Below, in pieces: positions 45,967-54,109 of a stretch of DNA of 64,000 nt. The translations under genes and the position numbers were made by a program. Source of the stretch: an uncultured Actinomycetes bacterium (GTDB lineage Bacteria > Actinomycetota > Thermoleophilia > Gaiellales > JAICJC01). Under the pieces are notes generated by a model. The model saw only the letters and a program-made list of their open reading frames with translations. It had not been told where the DNA came from and ran no database searches. Numbering within the stretch: position 1 is the first letter of the stretch; every line of letters begins with the position of its first letter. The DNA lies in contig CAVWSF010000001.1 of the NCBI GenBank assembly GCA_963757605.1, forward strand, positions 537,531 through 601,530. Direction: 5' to 3'.

Positions 45967-46692
45967 GTGTTCGGCACGATGAGCAACGGCGGAGCTCAGG
46001 TCTTCCAGGCGGTCAACCGTGAGGCGCGGCTGTCGGACAAGGTCACAGCCGCGATCCTCGAGACGATCGCGTCCAACCAGCTGCAGCCCGGCGACCCGCT
46101 CCCGCCCGAGCGCGAGCTGGGGCGCCAGTTCGGGGTCTCGCGCACGGTCATCCGCGAGGCGGTCCGGGCGCTCGCGGCGAAGGGCCTGCTCGAGGTGCGG
46201 AGCGGAAGCGGCGTCCGCATCGTCGCCGTCGACGAGGGCACCGTGCGGGAGTCGATGCGGCACTTCGTGCACGGGAGCCGGCTCGACTACGGCAAGCTCG
46301 ACGAGGTGCGTCACGTGCTCGAGGTGGCGTGCGCCGGGCTCGCCGCCGAGCGCGCCAGCGAGGACGACATCGCCGCGATGGACGCCGCCATCGACGCGTT
46401 CGAGAACGAGTGCAGCGACCTCGAGAAGAGCATCGGCCACGACCTGGCCTTCCACCGCGCCATCGCAACGGCCACCCACAACGAGCTCTTCCTCGTGCTG
46501 CACGACAGCATGGGCGAGATGCTGCTCGAGGTCCGGCGCCGCAACCTGTCGAAGGGCCGCGACGAGCGCCGCCTCGTGGTCGGCATGCACCGCCGGATCC
46601 GCGACGGCATCGCCGCGCACGACCCTGCCACGGCCCGCCAGGCCATGCTCGACCACCTGGGCCACGTCTCGGCGACCTGGGCCGGCCACTAG
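45967..46692 (+). CDS. GntR family regulator, FadR-type C-terminal domain
   Basis: Winged HTH (LPPERELGRQFGVSRTVIREAVRALAAKGLLEVRSGSG) plus a helical FCD-like C-terminus. Start is GTG 45967 or ATG 45979. Confidence 0.85.
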   Translation: MFGTMSNGGAQVFQAVNREARLSDKVTAAILETIASNQLQPGDPLPPERELGRQFGVSRTVIREAVRALAAKGLLEVRSGSGVRIVAVDEGTVRESMRHFVHGSRLDYGKLDEVRHVLEVACAGLAAERASEDDIAAMDAAIDAFENECSDLEKSIGHDLAFHRAIATATHNELFLVLHDSMGEMLLEVRRRNLSKGRDERRLVVGMHRRIRDGIAAHDPATARQAMLDHLGHVSATWAGH

Positions 46693-48335
46693 CCTCCCTC
46701 CGGCTGGTCGGGCTCCTCGTGGGTCATCACCTCGAGGAGCGTGGCGTTGCCGTCCGCGACGCTCGCGATCGCGCGCTCGAGCGCAGGCCGCAGCTCGGCC
46801 GGCTCGCCCGCGTGCTCGGCGTGGCCTCCGAGGGCGCGCGCGATCGCGGCGTAGTCGCCGCCCATGCTGCTCGAGCCGAAGCGCTCGACTGCAGCGGGCA
46901 TCCACTTGCCGTAGCCGCCCATGATCCCGTTGTTCATCACGATCGTGAGGATCGGGATCCGGGCCCGGACGGCGGTCTCGAAGTCCATCCCGATCATCCC
47001 GAACGCGGCGTCGCCCATGATGTTCACGGCCAGCCAGTCCGGCTTCGCGAGCTTCGCGCCGAGCGTCAGCCCGAATCCGGTACCAAGCTGGGTCGACTTG
47101 CCCCAGCCCAGGTAGCCGCGCGGGACGACCGCCTCGTAGAACGGCACGATCTGGTCGCGCGGGTGGCCGGCGTCATGGGTCACGACCGTGCGGGGGCGAT
47201 CCACGACCTGCATCAGCTCGTGCACCAGCCGGTACGGGCTGAGCGGGGCGGCGTCGGAGGTGAGGCCGGGACGCCACCGCTCCGCGAACGCGGCCCGCGA
47301 ATCGGCGAGGCCGGCGGCCGGCGACTGCCGCTCCGGCGCGCCCGAGCCGCGCAGCTCGGCCAGGAGCTGGCCCAGGACGAGGCGTGCGTCGCCCACGCAG
47401 GCGAACGCGACGTCATAGCCGGTCGCGACGTCGCCGCGGTCGTTCACGATCTGGCCGAGCTCGGCCGACGCGGGGAGCGGCGTGATGTAGAGCGAGCGGG
47501 TGAAGCTCGTGCCGACGCCCAGGATCAGGTCGGCCCGGGCGAAGTGCTCGTCGACCATCGCCGGCCGCGTCCGGGCCGCGGTGCCCAGCGAGAGCGGGTG
47601 ATCCTCGGGGAAGGCGCTCTTGCCGTTCAGGGTGGTCGCGACGGGCACGCCGGCCAGCTCGGCGAGCTCCACCAGCTCGGCGGTCGCGCCGGCGTAGAGG
47701 ACGCCCTGGCCGGCGAGGATCACCGGGTGGCGGGCGGCCGCCAGCCGCCGCGCCGCTTCGGCCACGTCCTCTGGGGAGGCCTGCGAGAGGTGCGGCCGCG
47801 GCGAGTGCACGTTCCAGTCGGCGTCGCCGGGGTCGCCGTTCATGACGTCGTTGGCCACCGCCACGAGCGCCGGCCCGGTGCGCGCGCCGCGCACGACGTG
47901 AAGCGCCCGCCGAAACGCCTGCGGCCCGGCCTCGGCGGTGTTGACCGTGGCGGCGAACCGCGTGATCGGCCGGTAGGCCTGCTCGCTTCGGAAGCTCGGC
48001 CCGGCGTCCTGCTCGGGCACGGCGTACTCGGTCGGGACGAGCAGGATCGGGCTGCGGTCGCCGTACGCCTGCGCCACCGCCCCGAACGCCGCCTCGGCGC
48101 CGGGGCCGTACTGCGCCACACAGGGCAAGAGCCGCTCGCCGTTCGTGGCCCGGGCGAAGCCGTCGGCGATGTTCACGGCCACCCGCTCGGTGCGGGTGAT
48201 GATCGGCCGCATCCCAAGGGCGGCGGCGGAGTCGATCAGGCGGTTCTCGGGGAACCCGACGACGTGCTCAGCGCCCTCGCGCTGAAGCAGCTCCGCGATC
48301 TTGTCGGCGACGATCGTCAATTGGTACGCCATCAT
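46689..48335 (-). CDS. thiamine-diphosphate-dependent enzyme (acetolactate-synthase-like family)
   Basis: 548 aa. The N-terminal Pyr domain carries the G.PEN block (VVGFPEN). The C-terminal PP domain carries GDAAFGM...NNG. Confidence 0.8.
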   Translation of the reverse strand: MMAYQLTIVADKIAELLQREGAEHVVGFPENRLIDSAAALGMRPIITRTERVAVNIADGFARATNGERLLPCVAQYGPGAEAAFGAVAQAYGDRSPILLVPTEYAVPEQDAGPSFRSEQAYRPITRFAATVNTAEAGPQAFRRALHVVRGARTGPALVAVANDVMNGDPGDADWNVHSPRPHLSQASPEDVAEAARRLAAARHPVILAGQGVLYAGATAELVELAELAGVPVATTLNGKSAFPEDHPLSLGTAARTRPAMVDEHFARADLILGVGTSFTRSLYITPLPASAELGQIVNDRGDVATGYDVAFACVGDARLVLGQLLAELRGSGAPERQSPAAGLADSRAAFAERWRPGLTSDAAPLSPYRLVHELMQVVDRPRTVVTHDAGHPRDQIVPFYEAVVPRGYLGWGKSTQLGTGFGLTLGAKLAKPDWLAVNIMGDAAFGMIGMDFETAVRARIPILTIVMNNGIMGGYGKWMPAAVERFGSSSMGGDYAAIARALGGHAEHAGEPAELRPALERAIASVADGNATLLEVMTHEEPDQPEGG

Positions 48336-48344
48336 ACGGCATGC

Positions 48345-49455
48345 TCATTTCGTCCGTTCGACCTCCTCGGCGACCATGGCCGCAACCCGCTCCATGAGCG
48401 GCGCCGGAGCCACGGTGACGCGCGCCGTCCCGGGCAGGCCCACGCTCTTCCCGGGCCGGACGAGGACGCCGCGGGCCAGGAGCGCATCGCACACGGGGCC
48501 GTCGTCCACGCCGAGCTCGACGAGCACGAAGTTCGCCTGCGACGGGTGCACCACGAGCCCGTGCGCGGCGAGCGCCTCGCGCAGCGCATCTCGGGCCGCG
48601 GCCACCTCGGCCCGCCGCCGGACGAGGAAGCCGTCCAGGCCGACGGCGGCGCGCCCCGCGGCCAGCGCGGCCCGGTTCACGTTGAACGGCTCCAGCACGA
48701 CGTCCATCAGCCGGGCCACGGCGGGGTCGGCGATCGCCACGCCCAGCCGCAGGCCGGCGAGCCCGAACACCTTCGAGAACGAGCGGATGACGACGACCGG
48801 CCGGCCCTCGACCACGTCGCGCAGGCGGTCGGCCCGGGCGGCCGGGTCGGCGAAGTCCATGTAGGCCTCGTCGGCGACGACGACGCACTCCGGCGGGAGA
48901 TCGCGCGAGAAATGCGCTCCAGACAGCGGGCTCGACCAGCGACCCGGTTGGGTTGTTCGGGTCGCACACCCAGACGACGTTCGCGCCCTCCGACCGGGCC
49001 CGCGCCGCCAGCGCCTCGAGGTCGAGGTCCATCCCCAGGACGGGCGTCTGCACGACCCGGGCTCCGGCTGCGGCCGAGACGTGGGCGTAGAGGCCGTACG
49101 TGACGGCCGGGACGACCGTCGTCCGGCCCGGCTCGAGGAAGGTGGCCGCGAGCCCGGCGACGAGCGACTGGGCGCCGTGCGCCGGGATCACGCACTCCGC
49201 GGGCACGCCCAGTGCCTCCGCGGCGGCGGCCTGGAAGTCGGCGTAGGCCCGCTCGGGGTAGAAGGCAGCGTTACGAAGCTCGGCGGCGGCGGCGTCGAGG
49301 GCCTCCTGCGGCGGCCCGAAGCGGTCCTCGTTCCAGTTCAGCGGCTCGAGGTGGTCGAGCCCCAGCTGCTCCTTCAGCTCGTCGCGGGTGAGCCCCGGGT
49401 GGTACGGCACGAGGTCACGCAGCGACGGCCGGGCGAGCGCCTTCCAGTCGGTCAT
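48345..49455 (-). pseudogene. class-I/II (histidinol-phosphate-type) aminotransferase, frameshift near 48903
   Basis: The N-terminal part (MTDWKALARPSLRDLVPY...VCDPNNPTGSLV...FLA) is in one frame. The continuation (DLPPECVVVADEAYMDFAD...IRSFSKVFGLAGLRLG, the PLP-Lys block) is in another. Confidence 0.8.
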
Positions 49456-50726
49456 GCCGCCAGCTCCCTGAGCGCCGCCTCGAGCACGGCGACGGCCGCC
49501 GCGACCGCGTCGGCGCCGGTGTCCTCCTCGGGGGCGTGGCTCACGCCGCCCGCGTCGCTTCGCACGAAGAGCATCGCCGCGGGGATCCCCGCCTCGGCGA
49601 GGATCGCAGCATCGTGGCCGGCGCCCGACGGGAGCTCGGCCGGCTCGAGCCCCGCGGCGGCGACCGCGCGCCGCAGCGCGTCCATCGGGCCGGGGTGCAT
49701 CGCGACGGGCTCGTAGCGCCAGCGCGGTACGACCTCCGCGCCGCAGCCCGCCTCCTCGGCTGCGGAGCGCGCCGCGGCGACGGCCCCGTCGACAAGCGCG
49801 GCGAGCGCCTCGGCGCCGGGCGCGCGCAGGTCGGCGAATGCGGTCACGCGGCCGGGGATCGTGTTGGTGGCGCCCGGTGAGACGTCGAGCCGGCCGATCG
49901 TCGCCACCGCGCCCGGAAGCCCGCGGGCGAGGTCGTGGGCGGCGCGCACGAAGCCGGCCGCGGCGGAGAGGGCGTCGGCCCGCAGCGGCATCGGCACCGT
50001 GCCCGCGTGGCCGCGGCGGCCGGTGAAGACCAGCTCGATGCCCGCCATCCCGGCGATCGAGGTGACGACGCCCAGCGCCGCTCCCCGGGCCGCTAGCCAC
50101 GGCCCCTGCTCGATGTGGGCCTCGACGAAGCAGCCGGGCAGGCGCGCAGCCGCCGGGCCGTCGGGGAGAGCGTCTCCGAGCCCGAGCGCCGCGAACGCCT
50201 GGCCGAGGGTGATCCCGTCGGCGTCGACCAGGTCGGCCTCGTCGGCGTCGAGCCGGCCGACGACCGCCCGCGACCCGAAGACGCCGCGCCCGAACCGCGG
50301 CCCCTCCTCGAGCCGGAACGCGACGACCGCCACCGTGTGGCGGGCCCCGCCCGAGCCGGCGATTGCCTCGGCGGCGTCGAGCCCGGCGACGACGCCCAAC
50401 GCACCGTCGAACCGGCCGCCATCGGGCGGCGTGTCGAGGTGCGACCCGGTCCAGACCTCCGGCAGCTCCGGCTCGGCCCCGGCCGCGCGCCCGAACAGGT
50501 TGCCGGCGCGGTCGACGCTCACCTCCAGGCCCGCGTCGCGCATCCAGCCGGCCACGAGGTCGTGCGCGCGCTGCTCCCCCGCCCCAAGGCCGGGCCGGTT
50601 GGTGCCGGCGGCGCGGTCGATCTCGAAGAGCGCGTCGAGCCGGCCGACGATCCGGGCGGCTCGTTCCTGCGCCGTCGTCTGCACGGCGCGAACCCTACGT
50701 GCTCGCCCGCGGCCGAGTACGCTCAC
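49452..50726 (-). CDS. M20 ureidohydrolase (second copy)
   Basis: Blocks TGSHLDTPPDGGRFDGALGV, EEGPRFG, GHAGT.PM and SGAGHDAA. The real start may be GTG 50684. Confidence 0.85.
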   Translation of the reverse strand: MSVLGRGRARRVRAVQTTAQERAARIVGRLDALFEIDRAAGTNRPGLGAGEQRAHDLVAGWMRDAGLEVSVDRAGNLFGRAAGAEPELPEVWTGSHLDTPPDGGRFDGALGVVAGLDAAEAIAGSGGARHTVAVVAFRLEEGPRFGRGVFGSRAVVGRLDADEADLVDADGITLGQAFAALGLGDALPDGPAAARLPGCFVEAHIEQGPWLAARGAALGVVTSIAGMAGIELVFTGRRGHAGTVPMPLRADALSAAAGFVRAAHDLARGLPGAVATIGRLDVSPGATNTIPGRVTAFADLRAPGAEALAALVDGAVAAARSAAEEAGCGAEVVPRWRYEPVAMHPGPMDALRRAVAAAGLEPAELPSGAGHDAAILAEAGIPAAMLFVRSDAGGVSHAPEEDTGADAVAAAVAVLEAALRELAA

Positions 50727-50731
50727 CCCTC

Positions 50732-51193
50732 ATGACCGATACCCCGTTCGTCCCAGCCGGGTTCGAGCCGCCGAGCGGGCTCGCGAACCCGAGGTTCGTG
50801 CTCGAGCCGCTGGGCCCGCAGCACAACGAGCGCGACTATGCCGCCTGGACGTCGTCCTTCGACCACATCCACGCAACGCCCGGATTCGTCGGCTCGACGT
50901 GGCCGCACGAGATGACGCTCGAGGAGAACCGGGCCGACCTCGAGCGCCACGAGCGCGACTTCGCCGGCCGCACCGGCTTCACGTACACGGTGCTCGACCC
51001 CGGCGACGGGGGCGTGATCGGCTGCCTCTACATCTATCCGGCGAAGGACGGGCCCGGCGCGAAGGTGACGTCGTGGGTGCGGGCCGACCGAGCCGCGCTC
51101 GACGAGCCGCTGGCGGATGCCGTCGCGGCGTGGCTCGAGGACTGGCCGTTCGAGCGTGTGCTGTACAAGGGTCGCCCTACGCTCTCGCGGTGA
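50732..51193 (+). CDS. small GNAT-like protein (tentative)
   Basis: 153-aa ORF with blocks FVLEPLGPQHNERDY.AW and GFTYTVL...VIGCLYIYP. The assignment is from memory of similar actinobacterial proteins. Confidence 0.5.
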   Translation: MTDTPFVPAGFEPPSGLANPRFVLEPLGPQHNERDYAAWTSSFDHIHATPGFVGSTWPHEMTLEENRADLERHERDFAGRTGFTYTVLDPGDGGVIGCLYIYPAKDGPGAKVTSWVRADRAALDEPLADAVAAWLEDWPFERVLYKGRPTLSR

Positions 51194-51728
51194 GATCCGC
51201 GAGCGCGGTGACCGTCCGCCAGTTGCGGCTCGTCGCCCGCACGCCGAGCTGCTTCTCGAGCACGGCGTTCGTGAGCTTCGTACGCGCGTAGCCGTCCGGG
51301 TAGAGCAGGTGGGCCTCGCGCCCGATCACCCGGAGCTCGTCGGGCGCGAACTCCTCGATGCCGAAGCCCTTCACTGCGGCCGTCTTGGGCTTCTCCGAGA
51401 GGAACGCGACGTGGATCTGCTTGGGATCGTGGGTCCGCCCGCCGAACGGGGAGGCGGCGACGACCGCGGCGAGCTCGTCCGAGCGCCGCACCATCACGGT
51501 GACGTCCATCCCGAGCTCCGCGGCGATCGCCTGCTCGATGGCGGCCTCGAGGGGCTTCGCGCTGCGTTTCGGCGAGTCGAAGACGACGTTCCCGCTCTGG
51601 AGGTGCGTGCGCACCGACTCGTGCCCGAGCCCCTCCACGAGCGCGCGCAGGTCGGCCATCGCGATCCGCTTGTTGCGGCCGACGTTGATTCCGCGGAGCA
51701 GCGCTGCGTAGGTGGGCACGGCCCGCAT
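51177..51728 (-). CDS. DUF1697 family protein
   Basis: ATG 51728. Y.ALLRGINVGG-like N-terminus (YAALLRGINVGRNKRIAMADLR). Confidence 0.75.
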   Translation of the reverse strand: MRAVPTYAALLRGINVGRNKRIAMADLRALVEGLGHESVRTHLQSGNVVFDSPKRSAKPLEAAIEQAIAAELGMDVTVMVRRSDELAAVVAASPFGGRTHDPKQIHVAFLSEKPKTAAVKGFGIEEFAPDELRVIGREAHLLYPDGYARTKLTNAVLEKQLGVRATSRNWRTVTALADLTARA

Positions 51729-51911
51729 TGTGGCACGTGAGCGCCGGCGCACTCGCCGCCCGACTTTCCCGGTTATTGGAAAAACCTGTATGATCGCCGC
51801 GGGATCCCGGGGGAGGCATTTCCCGAAGGATCAGTGGGCACAACGGTCGCTCGCCGCCGCCGGCCCTGGCGGCGGCGACGCCTACCTCCGATCACATCTA
51901 GGCTTCCCGCG

Positions 51912-52799
51912 ATGGCGGAGCAGGTGGAGGTCGTCCACTACACGGATCCGAGCTGCCCGTGGGCCTACTCGGCGGAGCCCTTCATGCGGGCGCTCGAGTG
52001 GCGCTACGGCGACGGGCTCGCCTGGCGGCTCGTCACGATCGGGCTGCGCGAGGACACGAAAGGCCTGGAGCAGAGCGGCACCACGCCGGCGTCGCGGATC
52101 GACGGCTGGCGCTGGTTCTCCGAGACGTTCGGGATGCCGCTGCTCACGACGCCGCGGGCGCGCCTGGTCGCATCGGGGCGGATGTGCCGCGCGATCAAGG
52201 CCGCCGGCCTCCAGGGCGGGGCCGCCGAGCGGGGCATGCTGCGCGGCGTGCGGATGGCGTGGTTCGCGTCGCTTCACCTGCTCGACGAGGACGAGGCGTT
52301 CGCAGCGGTGGCGGCCGGCGTGCCCGGCCTCGACCCCGACCGGCTCCTGCGCGACCTGGCCGACCCGGCGATCGAGGAGGCCTACGAGGCCGATCGCGCC
52401 GAGGCCCGTGCCGCGGCCGGCGTCGGCGACCCCGCGATCGCGCAGGACCGGGCCGCCCTCTTCGACGGCGGGGCCCGCTTCACCGCGCCCAGCCTGATCT
52501 TCCGCCACGATGGCCGGACGCTCGTCGCGGGCGGCTTCCAGTCGTTCGAGGCCTACGACGTCTGCGTCGCCAACCTGGCTCCCCACCTCCCGCGCCGCCC
52601 GCAGCCCACGCCGGCCGAGCTCCTGGTCGAGTACCCGCAGGGCCTGACGACCGTCGAGGTGGCCCAGGTCTGCCGCGATCGCAACGATCCCGCCGACCTC
52701 CCCGGGACGGAGGCCGAGCTGGCGCGGCTGGCCGACGCCGGCACCGTCCGGCGCAGCCCGATCGGCGATGACCAGAGCCTCTGGCACGCCGCCGCCTGA
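51912..52799 (+). CDS. DsbA-family thioredoxin-fold protein
   Basis: 295 aa with the N-terminal block VVHYTDPSCPWAY (CPxx motif). Confidence 0.7.
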   Translation: MAEQVEVVHYTDPSCPWAYSAEPFMRALEWRYGDGLAWRLVTIGLREDTKGLEQSGTTPASRIDGWRWFSETFGMPLLTTPRARLVASGRMCRAIKAAGLQGGAAERGMLRGVRMAWFASLHLLDEDEAFAAVAAGVPGLDPDRLLRDLADPAIEEAYEADRAEARAAAGVGDPAIAQDRAALFDGGARFTAPSLIFRHDGRTLVAGGFQSFEAYDVCVANLAPHLPRRPQPTPAELLVEYPQGLTTVEVAQVCRDRNDPADLPGTEAELARLADAGTVRRSPIGDDQSLWHAAA

Positions 52800-53415
52800 G
52801 CGCCGCCTCGTGCTGGTGCGGCACGGGGCGACGAGCTGGAACGCCGAGGGCCGGTTCACCACACGGACGGACGTCGAGCTCTCGCCCGAGGGCGTCCGCG
52901 AGGCCGACGCGGCGGCGCGCGCCCTGGCCGACGCGGCGATCGACCGCGTCGTGTGCTCGCCGCTCCGGCGCGCCCGCGCGACCGGCGAGGCCATCGCCGC
53001 CGCCGCGCACGGCCACCCGCCGATCACGATCGACGAGCGCCTCCGCGAGATCGACGCCGGCCCGTTCGAGGGACTCACCGGAGCCGAGATCGAGGCCGGC
53101 CCGATGGCGGCCGAGTTCCACCGCTGGCGCTCCGAGACCGACCCGGCGTGGCCGGACGGGACGGAGACCTACGACTCGGCCGTCGCCCGCGCGCAGTCCT
53201 TCTTCGCCGATGTCCGCGACCTCCCCGGCACGACGCTCGCGGCGACGCACGGCTCGCTGGCGCGGGTGCTCGTGACCGCCGTCGTTCTGGGCATCGCGCC
53301 CGGGCTTCATCGCCGCATGTGGCTCGACCACTGCCACTGCGCCATCGTCGCGCTCGACGAGCCACAACCGCGCCTTGTCGCTCTGAACGTGGCCGCACTC
53401 AACATCGGGGTCTGA
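52768..53415 (+). CDS. histidine phosphatase (phosphoglycerate-mutase-like) family protein
   Basis: RHG catalytic block LVLVRHGATSWN, plus SPLRRA and a late H (ATHGS). The start may instead be GTG 52810. Confidence 0.8.
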   Translation: MTRASGTPPPERRLVLVRHGATSWNAEGRFTTRTDVELSPEGVREADAAARALADAAIDRVVCSPLRRARATGEAIAAAAHGHPPITIDERLREIDAGPFEGLTGAEIEAGPMAAEFHRWRSETDPAWPDGTETYDSAVARAQSFFADVRDLPGTTLAATHGSLARVLVTAVVLGIAPGLHRRMWLDHCHCAIVALDEPQPRLVALNVAALNIGV

Positions 53416-53426
53416 CCCCGTTGTTG
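53400..53426 (+). terminator. hairpin spanning the stop codon of the phosphatase gene
   Basis: CAACA-T-CGGGGT-CTG-ACCCCG-T-TGTTG gives an 11-bp stem with one T/T mismatch. The core 15-mer is identical to 41371-41385. Confidence 0.4.
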
Positions 53427-53458
53427 CACATGGTTAGGCGTACGGCCGTCGAGCGCCC

Positions 53459-53464
53459 TATTAT
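53459..53464 (+). promoter_or_regulatory. candidate -10 box TATTAT for a near-leaderless L,D-transpeptidase transcript
   Basis: TATTAT lies 9 nt before ATG 53474. No convincing -35 element or SD sequence. Confidence 0.25.
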
Positions 53465-53473
53465 CCGCCCGGA

Positions 53474-54109
53474 ATGCGCCGCGGATTCATCGTCATCGCC
53501 ATCGTCGCCGCGGCACTCGCGGTGCCTGCGCCCGCCTTCGCGTCGCTCTCGATCGGCTCGGCCGGGCCCTCCGTCCACGCGCTCCAGAAGAAGCTGGTGA
53601 AGCTCCGCTACCTGGGGCCGACCGGGCTCACCGGCATCTACTCCGAGCGCACCGCCCAGGCGGTCATGGCCTTCCAGGGGTGGGTCGGCCTTCCCCGCGA
53701 CGGGGTCGCCGGGCCCGTCACCCTGCGGCGCCTGCACAAGGCGAAGTTCCGGCCGCACCCGTGGTCGCGCGCCCACAAGCACATCGAGGTGCACAAGGCG
53801 CAGCAGGTGCTGCTCATGATCGGCAAGGGCGGGAAGGTGACGCGCGCCATCCACGTGTCGACGGCCGCACCGGGCCACGTCACGCCGTCCGGGCGCTTCC
53901 ACATCTACTCGAAGTCGCTCATGTCGTGGTCGAAGCCGTTCCACGTCTGGCTCCCCTACGCCAGCTACTTCTACGGCGGGGACGCGTTCCACCAGTACCC
54001 GTCCGTGCCCCCGTATCCCGCCTCGCACGGGTGCGTGCGCATCTTCGATCGCGACGCGATCGTCTTCTACCAGTTCGCCACGGTCGGCACACGCGTCCGG
54101 ATCGGGTAG
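53474..54109 (+). CDS. L,D-transpeptidase with N-terminal peptidoglycan-binding domain
   Basis: Signal peptide ending in (AFA-S). PG_binding_1-like segment (GPSVHALQKKLVKLRYL...DGVAGPVT). YkuD catalytic block SHGCVR. Confidence 0.9.
   Translation: MRRGFIVIAIVAAALAVPAPAFASLSIGSAGPSVHALQKKLVKLRYLGPTGLTGIYSERTAQAVMAFQGWVGLPRDGVAGPVTLRRLHKAKFRPHPWSRAHKHIEVHKAQQVLLMIGKGGKVTRAIHVSTAAPGHVTPSGRFHIYSKSLMSWSKPFHVWLPYASYFYGGDAFHQYPSVPPYPASHGCVRIFDRDAIVFYQFATVGTRVRIG

Noticed and set aside
46329-49103. 924-aa ORF on the plus strand
   Set aside because: It is antisense to the ThDP enzyme and the aminotransferase, and its sequence is low-complexity and Arg-rich.
51731-51745. TGGCAC resembling a sigma-54 -24 element
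   Set aside because: The required TTGC-type -12 element is absent at the correct spacing (the sequence reads GTGAGCGCC).
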